64,000 nucleotides of DNA from Somniosus microcephalus (taxonomy: Eukaryota), in contig CM126202.1 of NCBI GenBank assembly GCA_052327205.1, positions 288,548,001-288,612,000 of the forward strand, in the 5' to 3' direction. A program made the translations under genes and the position numbers. This document shows, one piece after another, positions 52,264 to 64,000 of this stretch. Each line of letters begins with the position of its first letter. The first letter of the stretch is position 1. The notes beneath the pieces were generated by a model, which saw only the letters and a list, made by a program, of their open reading frames with translations, had not been told where the DNA came from and did not search any database.

Positions 52264-55200
52264 TGTCCGATCTTCCACCGCGATATCCGATCTTCCCCCC
52301 TCACGATGTCCATTCTCCCTCTCGCGATGTCCGATCTTCCCCTGGCGATGTCTGATCTTCCCCCGCGATGTCTGATCTCCCCCCGTGATGTCCGATCTTC
52401 CCCCCGCGATGCCCGATCTTACGCTCGCGATGTGAGAACTACCACCGCGATGTCCAATCATCCTCCCTCGCAATGTCCGATCTTCCCCTCGCGCGATGTC
52501 CGATCTTTTCCCCACGATGTCCGATATTCACCTCACGATGCCTGATCTTCACTCGTGATGTCTGATCTTCCCCCGTGATGTCCAATCTTCCCCCACGATG
52601 TCTGATCGCCCCCCGTGATGTCCGATCTTCCCCTCGTGATGTCCGATCTTCCGCCTCCGCGATGTCAGCTCATCCCCCCCGTGATGTCCAATCTTCCCCT
52701 GGCGATGTCCGATCATCCGCTGCGATGTCCGATCTTCCCCCGTGATGTCCGGTCATCCCCCCACAATGTCTGATCTTCTCCCGCGATATCCGATCTTCCC
52801 ATCGCGATAGCCGATCTTCCCTGGCAATGCCCGATCTTCCCCACGCTATGTCCGATCTTCCCCCGTGAGGTCCGATCTTCCCCTCGCGATGACCGATCTC
52901 CCCAGGCGATGTCCAATCTTCCCCCAAAATGTCCGAACTTCCCCTCGCGATGTCCGATCTTCCCCTCATGATGTCCGATCTTCCGCCCACGATGTCCGAT
53001 CTTCCCTCGTGATGTCAGATCTCCCCCCATGATGTCCGATCTTCCCCCCGCGATGTCAAATCTTCCCCCGCAATATCCGATCTTCCCCCGCAATGCTGGA
53101 TTTTCCACTCGCGATACCCGATCTTCCCCCACGATGTCCGATTCTTCCCTCACGATGTCCGATCTTCCGCCCCCACGATGGTCGATCTTCCACCGTGATG
53201 TCCGATCTTCCCCCCTCATGATGTTTGATCTTACCCCGCGATATCCGATCTTCCCCACTCACCATGTCCGATCTTCCCCCTCGCGATGTCTGATCTTCCC
53301 CATAACAGCTGATCTTCCCCCGCGATGTCGGATCTTCCCCCGAGATGCCCGATCTTCCCCCGCAATGTCTGATCTTCTCCCGCGATGTCCGATCTTCCCC
53401 TCATGATGTGCAATCATCCCACGCGATATCCGATCTTCCACCCGCAATGTATGATCTTCTCCCGCAATGTCTGATCTTCCCCTCGCGATGTCCAAACTTC
53501 CCCTCACGATGTCCGATCATCCTATGCGATGTCCGATCTTCCCCCGTGATGTCCGGTCATCCCCCCGCGATATCTGATCTTCTCCTGCGATGCCCGATCT
53601 TCCCCTCGCGATATCCGATCTTCCCTCAGAATGTCCGATCTTCCCATCGCTATGTCCAATCTTCCCCCGCGATGTCCGATCTTCTAAACTTGCGATGTCT
53701 GTTCTTCCCCCCGCGATGTCCGATCTTCACCCACGATGTCCGATCTTCCCTCGTGATGTCCGGTCTTCCCCCGCAATGACCAATCTTCTCTCAGTGATGT
53801 CCGATATTCCCCCCGCGATGTCCGATCTTTTCCCACAATGTCCGATATTCTCCCCGTGATGTCTGATCTTCCCCCGCCATGTCAGATCTTCCCCCGCAAT
53901 GTCCGATTTTCCTCTCACGATATCCCATCTTCGCCCCGCGATGTCCAACCTTCCCTTGCGGTGTCCGATCTTCCCCCGCGATGTCTGATCTTACCCTCAT
54001 GATGTCCGATCTTCCCTCCATGATGTCCGATCATCCGCTGCGATGGCCGATCTTCCCCCATGATGTCCGATCTTCCCCCGCGATGTCCGATCTTCCACAC
54101 TCGCGATGTCTGATCTCCCACTCGCGATGTCCGATCATCCCCTCACAATGTCCGATCTTCCCCCGCGATGTCTGATCTTCTCCCGCGGTATTTGATCTTC
54201 CCCCCGTGATGCCTGATCTTCCCCGCAATGTCCGATCTTCCCCCCTCATAATATCCGATCTTCCCCCGCGATTTCAGATCATCCCCCCTCGCCACATCTG
54301 ATTTCCCCCTCACGATGACCGATCTCCCCACGCAATGTCCGATCTTCCCCCGCAATGTCCGATCTTCCCCGCGCGATGTCAGATCTACCCCCGCGATGTC
54401 CGATCTTCCCCCGCTATGTCCAATCTTCACCCGCAATGTCGGATCTTCCCCCCTCACAATGTCCGATCCTCCTTTCACGATGTCTGATCTTCCCTCGCAA
54501 TGTCTGATCTTCCCTCGTGATGTCCGATCTTCCCCCGCGATATCCGATCTTCTTGCCGCGACGTCCGATATTCCCCCCGCGATGTCTGATCTTCCCCCAC
54601 GATGTCCAATGAACCCTCGTGATGTCCGATCTTCCCCCGTGATGGCCAATCTTCTTTCCGCGATGTCAGACCTTCTCCCCGTGATGTCCGCTATTCTCCC
54701 TGCGATGTCTGATCTTCCTTTGCGATGTCCAATCTTCCCCCAAGATGTCCGATCTTCCCCGTCGATGTCCGATCTTTCCTCGTGATGTCCGGTCTTCCCG
54801 CGAGATGTCCGATCTTCTCCCCACGATGTCCAATATTCTCCCCGCGATGTCCGATCTTCCCACGCGATGTCAGATCTTCCCCTCGTGATGTCCGATCTTC
54901 TCCCCGCGATGTCCTATCTTCCCCCACGATGTCCGATGATCTCCCTACGATGTCCAATCTTCCCCTCGCTATGTCCGATCATCCCGTGCGATTTCCAATC
55001 TTCCCCCCATGCGATGTCTGATCTTCTCCCACGATGTCTGATCTTCCCCCCGCGATGTCCGATCTTCCCCTCGCGATGTCCAATCATCCGCTGCGATGTC
55101 TGAACTTCCCCCGTGATGTCCGCTCATCCACCCGTGATGTCTGATCTTCTCCCACGATGTCCAATCTTCCCCTCACGATATCCGATCTCCCCTCACGATG

Positions 55201-58200
55201 TCCGATCTTCCCCTCACTATGTCCGATCTTCCCCCGCGATGTCCGATCTTCCACACGCGCGATGTCTGATCTTCCACTCACGATGTCCGACCATCCCCTC
55301 GCAATGTCCGATCTTCCCCTCGCGAAGTCTGACCTTCTCCAGCGATGTCCGATCTTCCCCCGCGATATCCGATCTTCCCCTCACGATGTCCGATCTTCTC
55401 CCCGCGATGTCTGATCTTCCCCCACGATGTCCGATGATCTCCCCGCGATGTCTGATCTTCCCCTCGCAATGCCCGATCATCCCGCGCGATGTCCATTCTT
55501 CACCTCGCGATGTCCGATCTTCCACACGCGCGATGTCTGATCTTCCACTCACGATGTCCGACCATCCCCTCGCAATGTCTGATCTTCCACTCACGATGTC
55601 TGATCATCCCCTCACAATGCCCGATCTTCCCCTCGCGATGTCTGATCTTCTCCCACGGTGTTCGATCGTCCCCCCATGATGTCCGAACTTCCCCGCGATG
55701 TCCGATCTTCCCCCCTCACTATATCCGATCTTCCACTGCGATGTCCGATTATCCCCCCTCGCGATGTCTGATTTCCCCCTCGCGATGACCGATGTCCCCA
55801 CGCAATGTCTGATCTTCCCCGCGATGTCCCATCTTCCCCTGCGATGTCCGATCTTCCCACCTCACGATGTCCGATCCTTCCCTTGCAATGTCCGATCTTT
55901 CCTCTCACGATGTCCGATCTTCCCCCCGCGGTGTCTGATCTTCCCCCGCGATGTCTGATCTTCCCCCGCGATGTCCGATCTTCCCCCCATGATGTCTGAT
56001 CTTCCCTCGTGATATCCGATCTTCCCCACGATGTCTGATCTTCCCTCGCGATGTCTGATCTTCCCCTCGTGATGTCCGATCATCCGCTGCGATGTCCGAT
56101 CTTCCCCGGTTATGTCCGGTCATCCCCCCGTGATGTCTGATCTTCTCCCACGATGTCCAATCTTCCTCTCATGATATCCGATCTTCCCTCGCGATGTCCG
56201 ATCTTCCCCTCACTATGTCCGATCTTCCCCCACTATGTCCGATCTTCCACACTCGCGATGTCTGATCTTCCACTCACGATGTTAGATCGTCCCCTCGCAA
56301 TGTCCGATCTCCTCCCCGCAATTTCTGATCTTCTCCCACGATGTCCGATGATCTCCCCGCGATGTCTGATCTTCCCCTCGCGATGTCCGATCATCCTGTG
56401 CGATGTCCATTCTTCCCCTCGCGATGTCCGATCTTCCCCCCGCGATGGCTGATCTTCCCCCATGATGTCTGATGATCTCCCCGCGATGTCTGATGTTCCC
56501 ATCGCGATGTCCGATCATCCCGCGCGATGTCCATTCTTCCCCCCGTGATGTCTGATCTTCCCCCACTACGTCTGATCTTCCCCTTGCGATGTCCAATCTT
56601 CCCCTCGCAATGTCTAATCATATGCTGCAATGTCTGATCTTTCCCCGTGATGTCCAGTCATCCCCCGCGATGTCTGATCTTCTCCCACGATGTCTGATCT
56701 TCCCCTTGCTATGTCCAACCTTCCACCACGATGTCTGATCTTCCACACTCGTGATGTCTGATCTTCCACTCGCGATGTCCGATCTTCCCCTCGCAATGTC
56801 CGCTCATCCCCCCGTGATGTCTGATCTTCTCCCGCAATGTCCAATCTTCCCCTCACGATATCCAATCTTCCCCCGTGATGTCCGATCTTCCACACTCACG
56901 ATGTCTGATCTTCCACTCGCGATGTCTGATCTTCCACTCGTGATGTCTGATCATCCCCTCGCAATCTCCGATCATCCCCTCGCGATGTCTGATGTTCTCC
57001 CGCCGTATTCGATCTTCCCCCCGTGATGTCCGAACTTCCCCACGATGTACGATCTTCCCCCCTCGCGATATCCGATCTTCCCCTCGGTGTTCGTTCATCC
57101 CCCCCGCGATGTCCGATCTTACCCCCTCACTATATCCGATCTTCCACTGCGATGTCCGATTATCCCACCTTGCGATGTCCGATTTCCCCCTCGTGATGAC
57201 CGCTCTCCCCATGCGATGGTCTGATCTTCCCCGCGATGTCCCATCTTCCCCCGCGATGTCCCATCTTCCCCCCTCACGATGTCTGATCCTTCCCTTGCGA
57301 TGTCCGATCTTCCGTCTCATGATGTACGATCTTCCCCCCGTGATGTCTGATCTTCCCCCGCGATGTCCGATCTTCCCCCCACGATGTCTGATCTTCCCTC
57401 GCGATACCCGATCTTCCCCCATGATGTCTGATCTTCCCTCGCGATGTCTGATCTTCCCCTCGTGATGTCCGATCATCCGCTGCGATGTCCGATCTTCCCC
57501 AGTTATGTTTGGCCATCACCCCGTGATGTTTGATCTTCAACCGTGATATCCAATCTTCCTCTCACGATATCCGATCTTCCCTCGTGATGTCCGATCTTCC
57601 CCTCACTATGTCTGATCTTCCCCCACGATGTCCGATCTTCCACACTCGCGATGTCTGATCATCCACCCACGATGTCCGATCATCCCCTCGCAATGTCCGA
57701 TCTTCCCCTCGCGATGTCTGACCTTCTCCAGCGATGTCCGATCTTCCCCTGCGATGTCCGATCTTCCCCTCGCGATGTTCGATCTTCTCCCCGCGATGTC
57801 TGACCTTCCCCCATGATGTCGGATGATTTCCCCGAGATGTCTGATCTTCCCCTCGCAATGTCCGATCATCCCGCTCGATGTCCATTCTTCCCCTCGCGAT
57901 GTCCGATCATCGCCCCGCGATGTCTGATCTTCCCCCACGATGTCCGATGATCTCCCCGCGAGGTCTGATGTCCCCTCGCGATGTCCGATCATCCCGCGCG
58001 ATGTCCATTCTTCCCCCCGCGATGTCTGATCTTCTCCCACGATGTCTGATCTTCCCCTCGCGATGTCTGATATTCCCCTCGCGATGTCCGATCATATGCT
58101 GCGATATCTGATCTTCCCCCGTGATGTCCGGTCATCCCCCCGCGATGTCTGATCTTCTCCCGTGATGTCCGATTTTCCCCTCGCTATGTCCGATCTTCCA

Positions 58201-59609
58201 CCGCGATGTCCGATCTTCCACACTCGTGATGTCTGATCTTCCACTCGCGATGTCCAATTTTCCCCTCGCAATGTCCGATCTTCTCCTCGCGACGTCTGAT
58301 CTTCCTCGCGATGTCCGATCTTCCCCCCTCGCGATGTCCGATCTTACCCACGGTGTTCGATCATCACCCCCGCGATGTCCGATCATCCCCGCAATGTCTG
58401 ATCTTCCCCTCGCGATGTCAGATCTCCCCCCCTGCCTTCTGACCTTCTCCAGCGATGTCCGATCTTCCCCCACGATGTCCGATCATCCCCCCTCGCGATG
58501 TCCGATCACCCGTCGCGATGTCCGATCTTCCCCCCGCGGTGCCCGATCTTCCTCTCGCGATGTCCGATCATCCCGCTCGATGTCCATTCTTCCCCCCGCG
58601 ATGTCCGATCTTCCCTCGCTATGTCCGATCTTCACCTCACGATGTCCCATCTTCTCCCTGCGATGTCCGATCTTCCCCCGCAATGACCAGTCTTCCCCCA
58701 CAATGTCCGATCATCCCCTCACTATATCCCATCTTCTCCCCGCGATGTCCAACCTTCCCTTGCCGTGTCCGATCTTCCCCCGTGATGGGCGATCTTTCCC
58801 TCACGATGTCCGATCTTCTCCCCGCGATTTCCGATCTACCCCCCTCGCTATATCCAATCTTCCCCCGCGATGTCCGATCACACCCCTCGCGATGTCCGAT
58901 CTCCTCCTCGCGATGTCCGACCTTCCCCTGCGATGTCCGATCTTCCCCTCGCGATGTCCAATCTTACCCCACAATGACCGATCTCCACACGCGATGTCAG
59001 ATCTTCCCCCACGATGTCCAATCTTCCCCCTCGCGAGGTCCGATCTTCCCTCCTCGTGATGTCTGATCGTCCCCCGCGATGTCCGATCTTCCCCCTCGTG
59101 AGGTCCGATCTTCCCCCATCGTGATGTCTGATCGTCCCCCGTGATGTCCGATCTTCCCCCCGCGATGTCTGATCTTCCCCCGTGATGTCTGATCTTCCCC
59201 CTCGATGTCCGATCTTCCCCCTCGCGATGTCCGATCTTCCCCTCGCGATGTCCAATCTTCCAATGCGATGTCCCATCTTCCCCCTCGCAATGTCCGATCT
59301 TCCCCCCTCGTGATGTCTGACCTTCCCCCGTGATGTCCGATCATCCCCCTCGCGATGTCCGATCTTCCACCGCGAAGTCCGATCTTCTCCCCGCAATTTC
59401 CGATCTTACCTCGTGATGTCTGATCTCCCCCCATGATATCTGATCTCCCCTCGTGATGTCTGATCTCCCCCTCGCGATGTCTGATCTTCCCCTCGCGATG
59501 ACTGATCTCCGCACACGATGTCCGATCTTCCCCTCGCGATGTCCGATCTTCCCCTCGTGATGTCCGATTATACTCCACGATGACCGATCTCCCCACGTGA
59601 TGTCCGATG

Positions 59610-60320
59610 TTCCTCCATGCTATGTCCAATCTTACCCTCATGATGTCTGATATTCCCCCGCGATGTCTGATCTTCCCCGCGATGTTCGATCTTGCCCCCC
59701 ATGATGTCCGATGCTCCCCTTGCGATATCTGATCTCCCCCTCGCGATTTCCGATCTTCCCCCCGCGATGTCCGATCATCCCTCGCAATGTCCGATCTTCC
59801 CCTGTGATGTCCGATCTCTCCCCGCGATGTCCGATGATCCGTCGTGATATCCGATCTTCCCCGCCATGTCCAATCTTCTCTCCGTGATGTCAGATCTTCC
59901 CCCTCGCGATGTCTGATATTCTCCCTGCGATGTCCGATTTTCCCCCGCGATGTCCGACCTTCCTCCATGCGATGTCCAATCTTACCCTCATGATGTCTGA
60001 TATTCCCCCGCGATGTCTGATCTTCCCTGCGATGTTCGATCTTGCCCCCTCATGATGTCTGATCCTCCCCTTGCGATGTCTGATCTCCCCCTCGCAATTT
60101 CCGATCTTCCCCCCGCGATGTCCGATCTTCCCTCGCGATGTCCGATCTTCCCCTGCGATGTCATATCTCTCCCCGCGTTGTCCGATGATCCGTCGTGATG
60201 TCCGATCTTCCCCGCCATGTCCAATCTTCTCTCCGTGATGTCAAATCTTCCCCCTCGCGATGTCCGATATTCTCCCTGCGATGTCCGATTTTCCCCCGCG
60301 ATGTCCGATCTTCCCTCGCA
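59610..60320. repeat. Higher-order tandem duplication, ~350 bp unit
   Basis: CTTACCCTCATGATG at 59631/59981; GATGATCCGTCGTG at 59833/60184. Confidence 0.85.
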
Positions 60321-61714
60321 ATGTCTGATCTTCCCTCGCGATGTCCGATCTCCCCCCACGATGGCCGATCTTCCCCCATGATGTCCGATCTTCCCTCATG
60401 ATGTCCAATCGTCCCCCGCGATGTCCAACCTTCTCTCTGCGATATCCGATATTCCCCCACGATGTCCAATCATTGCCCCGCGATGTCCGATATTCTCCCC
60501 ATGATGTCCGATCTTCCCCGCGATGTCCAGTCTTCCCCCGCGATGTCCAATTTTCCCCATCGATGTCCAATCTTCTCCCCGCGATGTCTGATCTTCCACC
60601 ACGATGTCCGATGATCTCCCCACGAAGTCCGATCTTCTCCTCGCGATGTCCGATCTTCCCCTCGCGATATCCGATTTCCCCTTGAGATGTCCGATCATCC
60701 ACTGCGATATCCATCTTCCCCCATGATGTCCGATCATCCCACCGTGATATCTGATCTTCTCCCTTGATGTCCGATCTTCCCCTCATGATATCCGATCTTC
60801 CCTCGCGATGTCCGATCTTCCCCTCGCGATGTCTGATCTTCCACACTCGCGATGTCTGATCTTCCACTCGTGATGTCCGATCATCCCCTCGCAATGTCCG
60901 ATATTCCCCTTGCGATATCTGATCTTCTCCCGTGGTGTTCGATCTACCCCCGTGATGTCCGATCATCCCCGCGATGTCCGATCTTCCCCCCAAGCTATAT
61001 TCGCACTTCCCCCGCGATGTCCGATCATCCCCCCTCGCGATGTCCGATCACCCGTCGCGATGTCCGATCTTCCCCCGCAATGTCCAATCTTCCCCTCGCG
61101 ATGTGAGATCTCCCCCCGCGATGTCTGATCTTCCCTGCGATGTCGGATCTTCCCCTCGCGATGTCCGATCTCCCCACGTGATGTCCGATCTTCCCCTTGC
61201 GATGTCCGATCTTCCCCCCGCGGTGCCCGATCTTCCTCTCGCGATGTCCGATCTTCCCCCGTGATGCCCGATTGTCCCCTCACAATGACTGATCTTCCCC
61301 CGTGATGTCCAATCTTCCACTCGCGATGTCCGATCTTCCCCTCGCAATGTCCGATCTTCTCCTCGCGATGTCTGATCTTCCTCGCGATGTCCGATCTTCA
61401 ACCCCTCGCGATGTCCGATCTTACCCGCGGTGTTCGATCATCACCCCCCGCGATGTCCGATCATCCCCGCAATGTCTGATCTTCCCCTCGCGATGTCAGA
61501 ACTCCCCCCGCGATGTCCGATCTTCCCCCCGCTTTGTCCGATTTTCCCTCGCGATGTCGGATCTTCCCTTCGCGATGTCTGATCTTACCCCGCGATGACT
61601 GATCTTCCCCCGTGATGTCCAATCATCCCCCCTCGCGATGTCCGATCTCCTCCTCGCGATGACTGATCTCCACACGCGATGTCCGATCTTCCCCCGCAAT
61701 GTCCGATCTTCCCC

Positions 61715-64000
61715 TCGCGATGTCAGATCTCCCCCCGCGATGTCCAATTTTCTCCTCGTGATGTCTGAACTTCCCCCGTGATGTCGGATCTTCCCCTCGC
61801 GATGTCCGATCTTACTCCACGATGACCGATCTCCCCACGCGATGTCCGATCTTCCTCCCACGCGATGTCCGATCTTCCTCCATGCAATCTCCAATCTTAC
61901 CCTCATGATGTCTGATATTCCACCGCAATTTCCGATCTTCCCCCCGCGATGTCCGATCTTCCCTCGTGATGTCCGATCTTCCCCTGCGATGTCCGATCTC
62001 TCCCCGCGATGTCCGATGATCCGTCGTGATGTCCGATCTTCCCTGCCATGTCCAATCTTCTCTCCGTGATGTCAGATCTTCCCCCTCGCGATATCCAATA
62101 TTCTCCCTGCGATGTCCGATTTTCATCCGCGATGTCCGATCTTCCCTCGCGATGTCTGATCTTCCCTTGCGATGTCCGATCTCCCCCCGCGATGTCCGAT
62201 CTTCTCCCATGATGTCCGATCTTCCCTCGTGTTGTCCAATCATCCCCCGCGATGTCCAACCTTCTCTCTGCGATGTCCGATATTCCCCACACGATGTCCG
62301 ATCGTCGCCCCGCGATGTCCGATATTTTCCCCGTGATGTCCGATCTTCCCTGCGATGTCCAGTCTTCCCCCGTGATGTCGGATCTTCCCCTCGCGATGTC
62401 CGATCTTCTCCCCGTGATGTCTGATCATCCCCCCTCGCGATGTCCGATCACCCGTCGCGATGTCCGATCTTCCCCCGCAATGTCCGATCTTCCCCTCGCG
62501 ATGTGCGATCTCCCCCGCGATATCCGATCTTCGCTGCGATGTCGGATCTTCCCCTCGCGATGACTGATCTCCCCACGTGATGTCCGATCTTCCCCTCACA
62601 ATGTCCGATCTTCCCCCCGCGATGCCCGATCTTTGCCTCGTGATGTCCAATCTTCTCTCCATGATTTCCGATCTTCCCCCCGGGATGTACAATCCTCCCT
62701 GTGATGTAAGAACTTTCTCTCGCGATGTCCGATCTTCCCCCCGCGATGTCCGATTTTATCTGCGCAATGACCGATTCTCCCCCTGCGATGTCCGATCTTC
62801 CCCAGCGAAGTCCGATCTTCCCCCATAATGTCTAATCTTCCCCCCGCGATGTCCGATCTTCTCCCCGCGATGTCTAATCTTCCCCCCACGATGTCTGATA
62901 TTCCTCCGCGATGCCCGATCTTCCCCCGTGATGTCAGATCTCCCCCCGCGATGTCCAATCTTCTCCTCGCGATGTCTGAACTTCCCCCGTGATGTCGGAT
63001 CTTCCCCTCGCGATGTCTGATCTTACTCCGTGATGACCGATCTCCCCACGCGATGTCCAATCTTCCCCCCACGCGATGTCCGATCTTCCTCCATGCAATC
63101 TCCAATCTTACCCTCATGATGTCTGATATTCCACCGCGATTTCAGATCTTCCCCTCACAATGTCCGATCTTCCCTCGTGATGTCCGATCTTCCCCTGCGA
63201 TGTCCGATCTCTCCCCGCGATGTCCGATGAGCCGTCGTGATGTCCGATCTTCCCTGCCATGTCCAATCATCTCTCCGTGATGTCAGATCTTCCCCCTCGC
63301 GATGTCCAATATTCTCCCTGCGATGTCCGATTTTCCCCCGCGATGTCCGATCTTCCATCGCGATGTCTGATCTTCCCTCGCGATGTCCGATCTCCCCCCG
63401 CGAGGTCCGATCTTCCCCCATGATGTCCGATCTTCCCTCGTGTTGTCCAATCGTCCCCCGCGATGTCCAACCTTCTCTCTGCGATGTCCGATATTCCCCA
63501 CACGATGTCCGATCGTCGCCCCGCGATGTCCGATATTCTCCCCGTGATGTCCGATCTTCCCTGCGATGTCCAGTCTTCCCCCGCGATGTCGGATCTTCCC
63601 CTCGCGATGTCCGATCTTCTCCCCGTGATGTCTGATCATCCCCCCTCGCGATGTCTGATCACCCGTCGCGATGTCCGATCTTCCCCCGCAATGTCCGATC
63701 TTCCCCTCGCGATGTGCGATCTCCCCCCGCGATATCCGATCTTCCCTGCGATGTCGGATCTTCCCCTCGTGATGACTGATCTCCCCACGCGATGTCCGAT
63801 CTTCCCCTCACAATGTCCGATCTTCCCCCCGCGATGCCCGATCTTTGCCTCGTGATGTCCAATCTTCTCTCCATGATTTCCGATCTTCTTCCCGGGATGT
63901 ACAATCCTCCCTGTGATGTAAGAACTTTCTCTCGCGATGTCCGATCTTCCCCCCGCGATGTCCGATTTTATCTGCGCAATGACCGATTCTCCCCCTGCGA
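61715..64000. repeat. Higher-order tandem duplication, ~1,211 bp unit; second copy runs off the window end
   Basis: ORF pairs 61842/63053, 62026/63237 and 62252/63463 are offset 1211; CGGGATGTACAATCC at 62681/63893. Confidence 0.92.

Larger units (their letters stand above)
1..64000. repeat. Tandem satellite array, ~20-21 bp monomer (consensus CGATGTCCGATCTTCCCCC[C]G; reverse strand CGGGGGAAGATCGGACATCG), extending beyond both window edges
   Basis: GATGTCCGATCTTCCCC or a close variant recurs every 19-23 bp from base 1 to 64000 with no unique sequence seen. Near-perfect runs occur at ~3945-4090 and ~18940-19100. The + strand is C/T-rich throughout, so orientation is constant. Confidence 0.99.
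31000..64000. repeat. Satellite sub-family domain R (right), with a different set of diagnostic variant monomers
   Basis: Markers CCACACTCGCGATG (first ~32104), CTTACCCTCATGATG (first ~31348), GATGATCTCCCC, CATATGCTGC (35418, 36925, 37828, 56619, 58093) and ATGTGTAATCTACCCC (33251, 39544 and later) were not seen left of ~31 kb. Confidence 0.8.

Noticed and set aside
18-63904. Hundreds of ORFs in all six frames (up to 396 aa at 18933-20123, minus strand) that resemble a repetitive Pro/Ser- or Arg/Gly-rich protein
   Set aside because: The consensus has no stop in any frame and has an ATG in each monomer, so ORFs are automatic. Mixed 19-23 bp monomers shift frame constantly, all frames overlap equally, many plus-strand stops are CGA->TGA decay, and there is no unique domain.
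1-64000. CRISPR array
   Set aside because: Repeats are directly adjacent with no unique spacers, are degenerate, and there is no leader or cas gene.
1-64000. Illumina adapter concatemer (TCCGATCT / AGATCGGA matches 8 bp of the TruSeq adapter end)
   Set aside because: The match stops at 8 bp (repeat AGATCGGACATCG vs adapter AGATCGGAAGAGC), and CpG-biased decay with nested duplications indicates evolved genomic DNA. Lenient adapter trimming could still clip reads from this satellite.
1-64000. Telomerase-made long telomeric repeat (as in some budding yeasts with 20-25 bp units)
   Set aside because: Template-copied repeats are near-homogeneous; here the monomers are diverged and inherited in kilobase blocks. 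A subtelomeric location is not excluded.
1-64000. GATC in nearly every monomer as a bacterial Dam/SeqA or iteron array
   Set aside because: 64 kb without genes and a CpG-transition spectrum do not fit a prokaryotic replicon; GATC is simply part of the monomer.
1-64000. Variant monomers as an information-bearing code or diversity cassette library
   Set aside because: The variant order is explained by point mutation plus block duplication; no recombinase, reverse transcriptase, expression site or cassette boundary is present.

Overview
The whole 64 kb window is one uninterrupted, single-orientation tandem satellite array of roughly 3,100 monomers (64,000/~20.5). The consensus is CGATGTC-CGATCTT-CCCCC(T/C)(C)G, mostly 20-21 bp with a range of about 19-23 bp. 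I see no credible protein-coding gene, RNA gene, CRISPR array or transposon. The hundreds of six-frame ORFs (MSDLPPA/RCPIFP/DVRSSP and GEDRTSR/GKIGHR/GRSDIA) arise because the consensus has no stop codon in any frame. The real structure is hierarchical: (i) a 7+7+6/7-bp internal monomer layout; (ii) variation dominated by CpG->TpG/CpA changes, pointing to a CpG-methylating, most likely eukaryotic, host; (iii) rare variant monomers that act as barcodes and define two sub-family domains meeting at about 31 kb; (iv) nested duplications from about 60 bp to a near-identical 4,916-bp head-to-tail duplication; (v) degenerate ~6-7.5 kb and ~15-21 kb super-periods. I cannot name the satellite family or the organism. 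I found no evidence for a new gene-based system; the most notable object is the satellite and its higher-order architecture. Block boundaries were read by eye and are approximate; offsets come from marker motifs and matching ORF coordinates.
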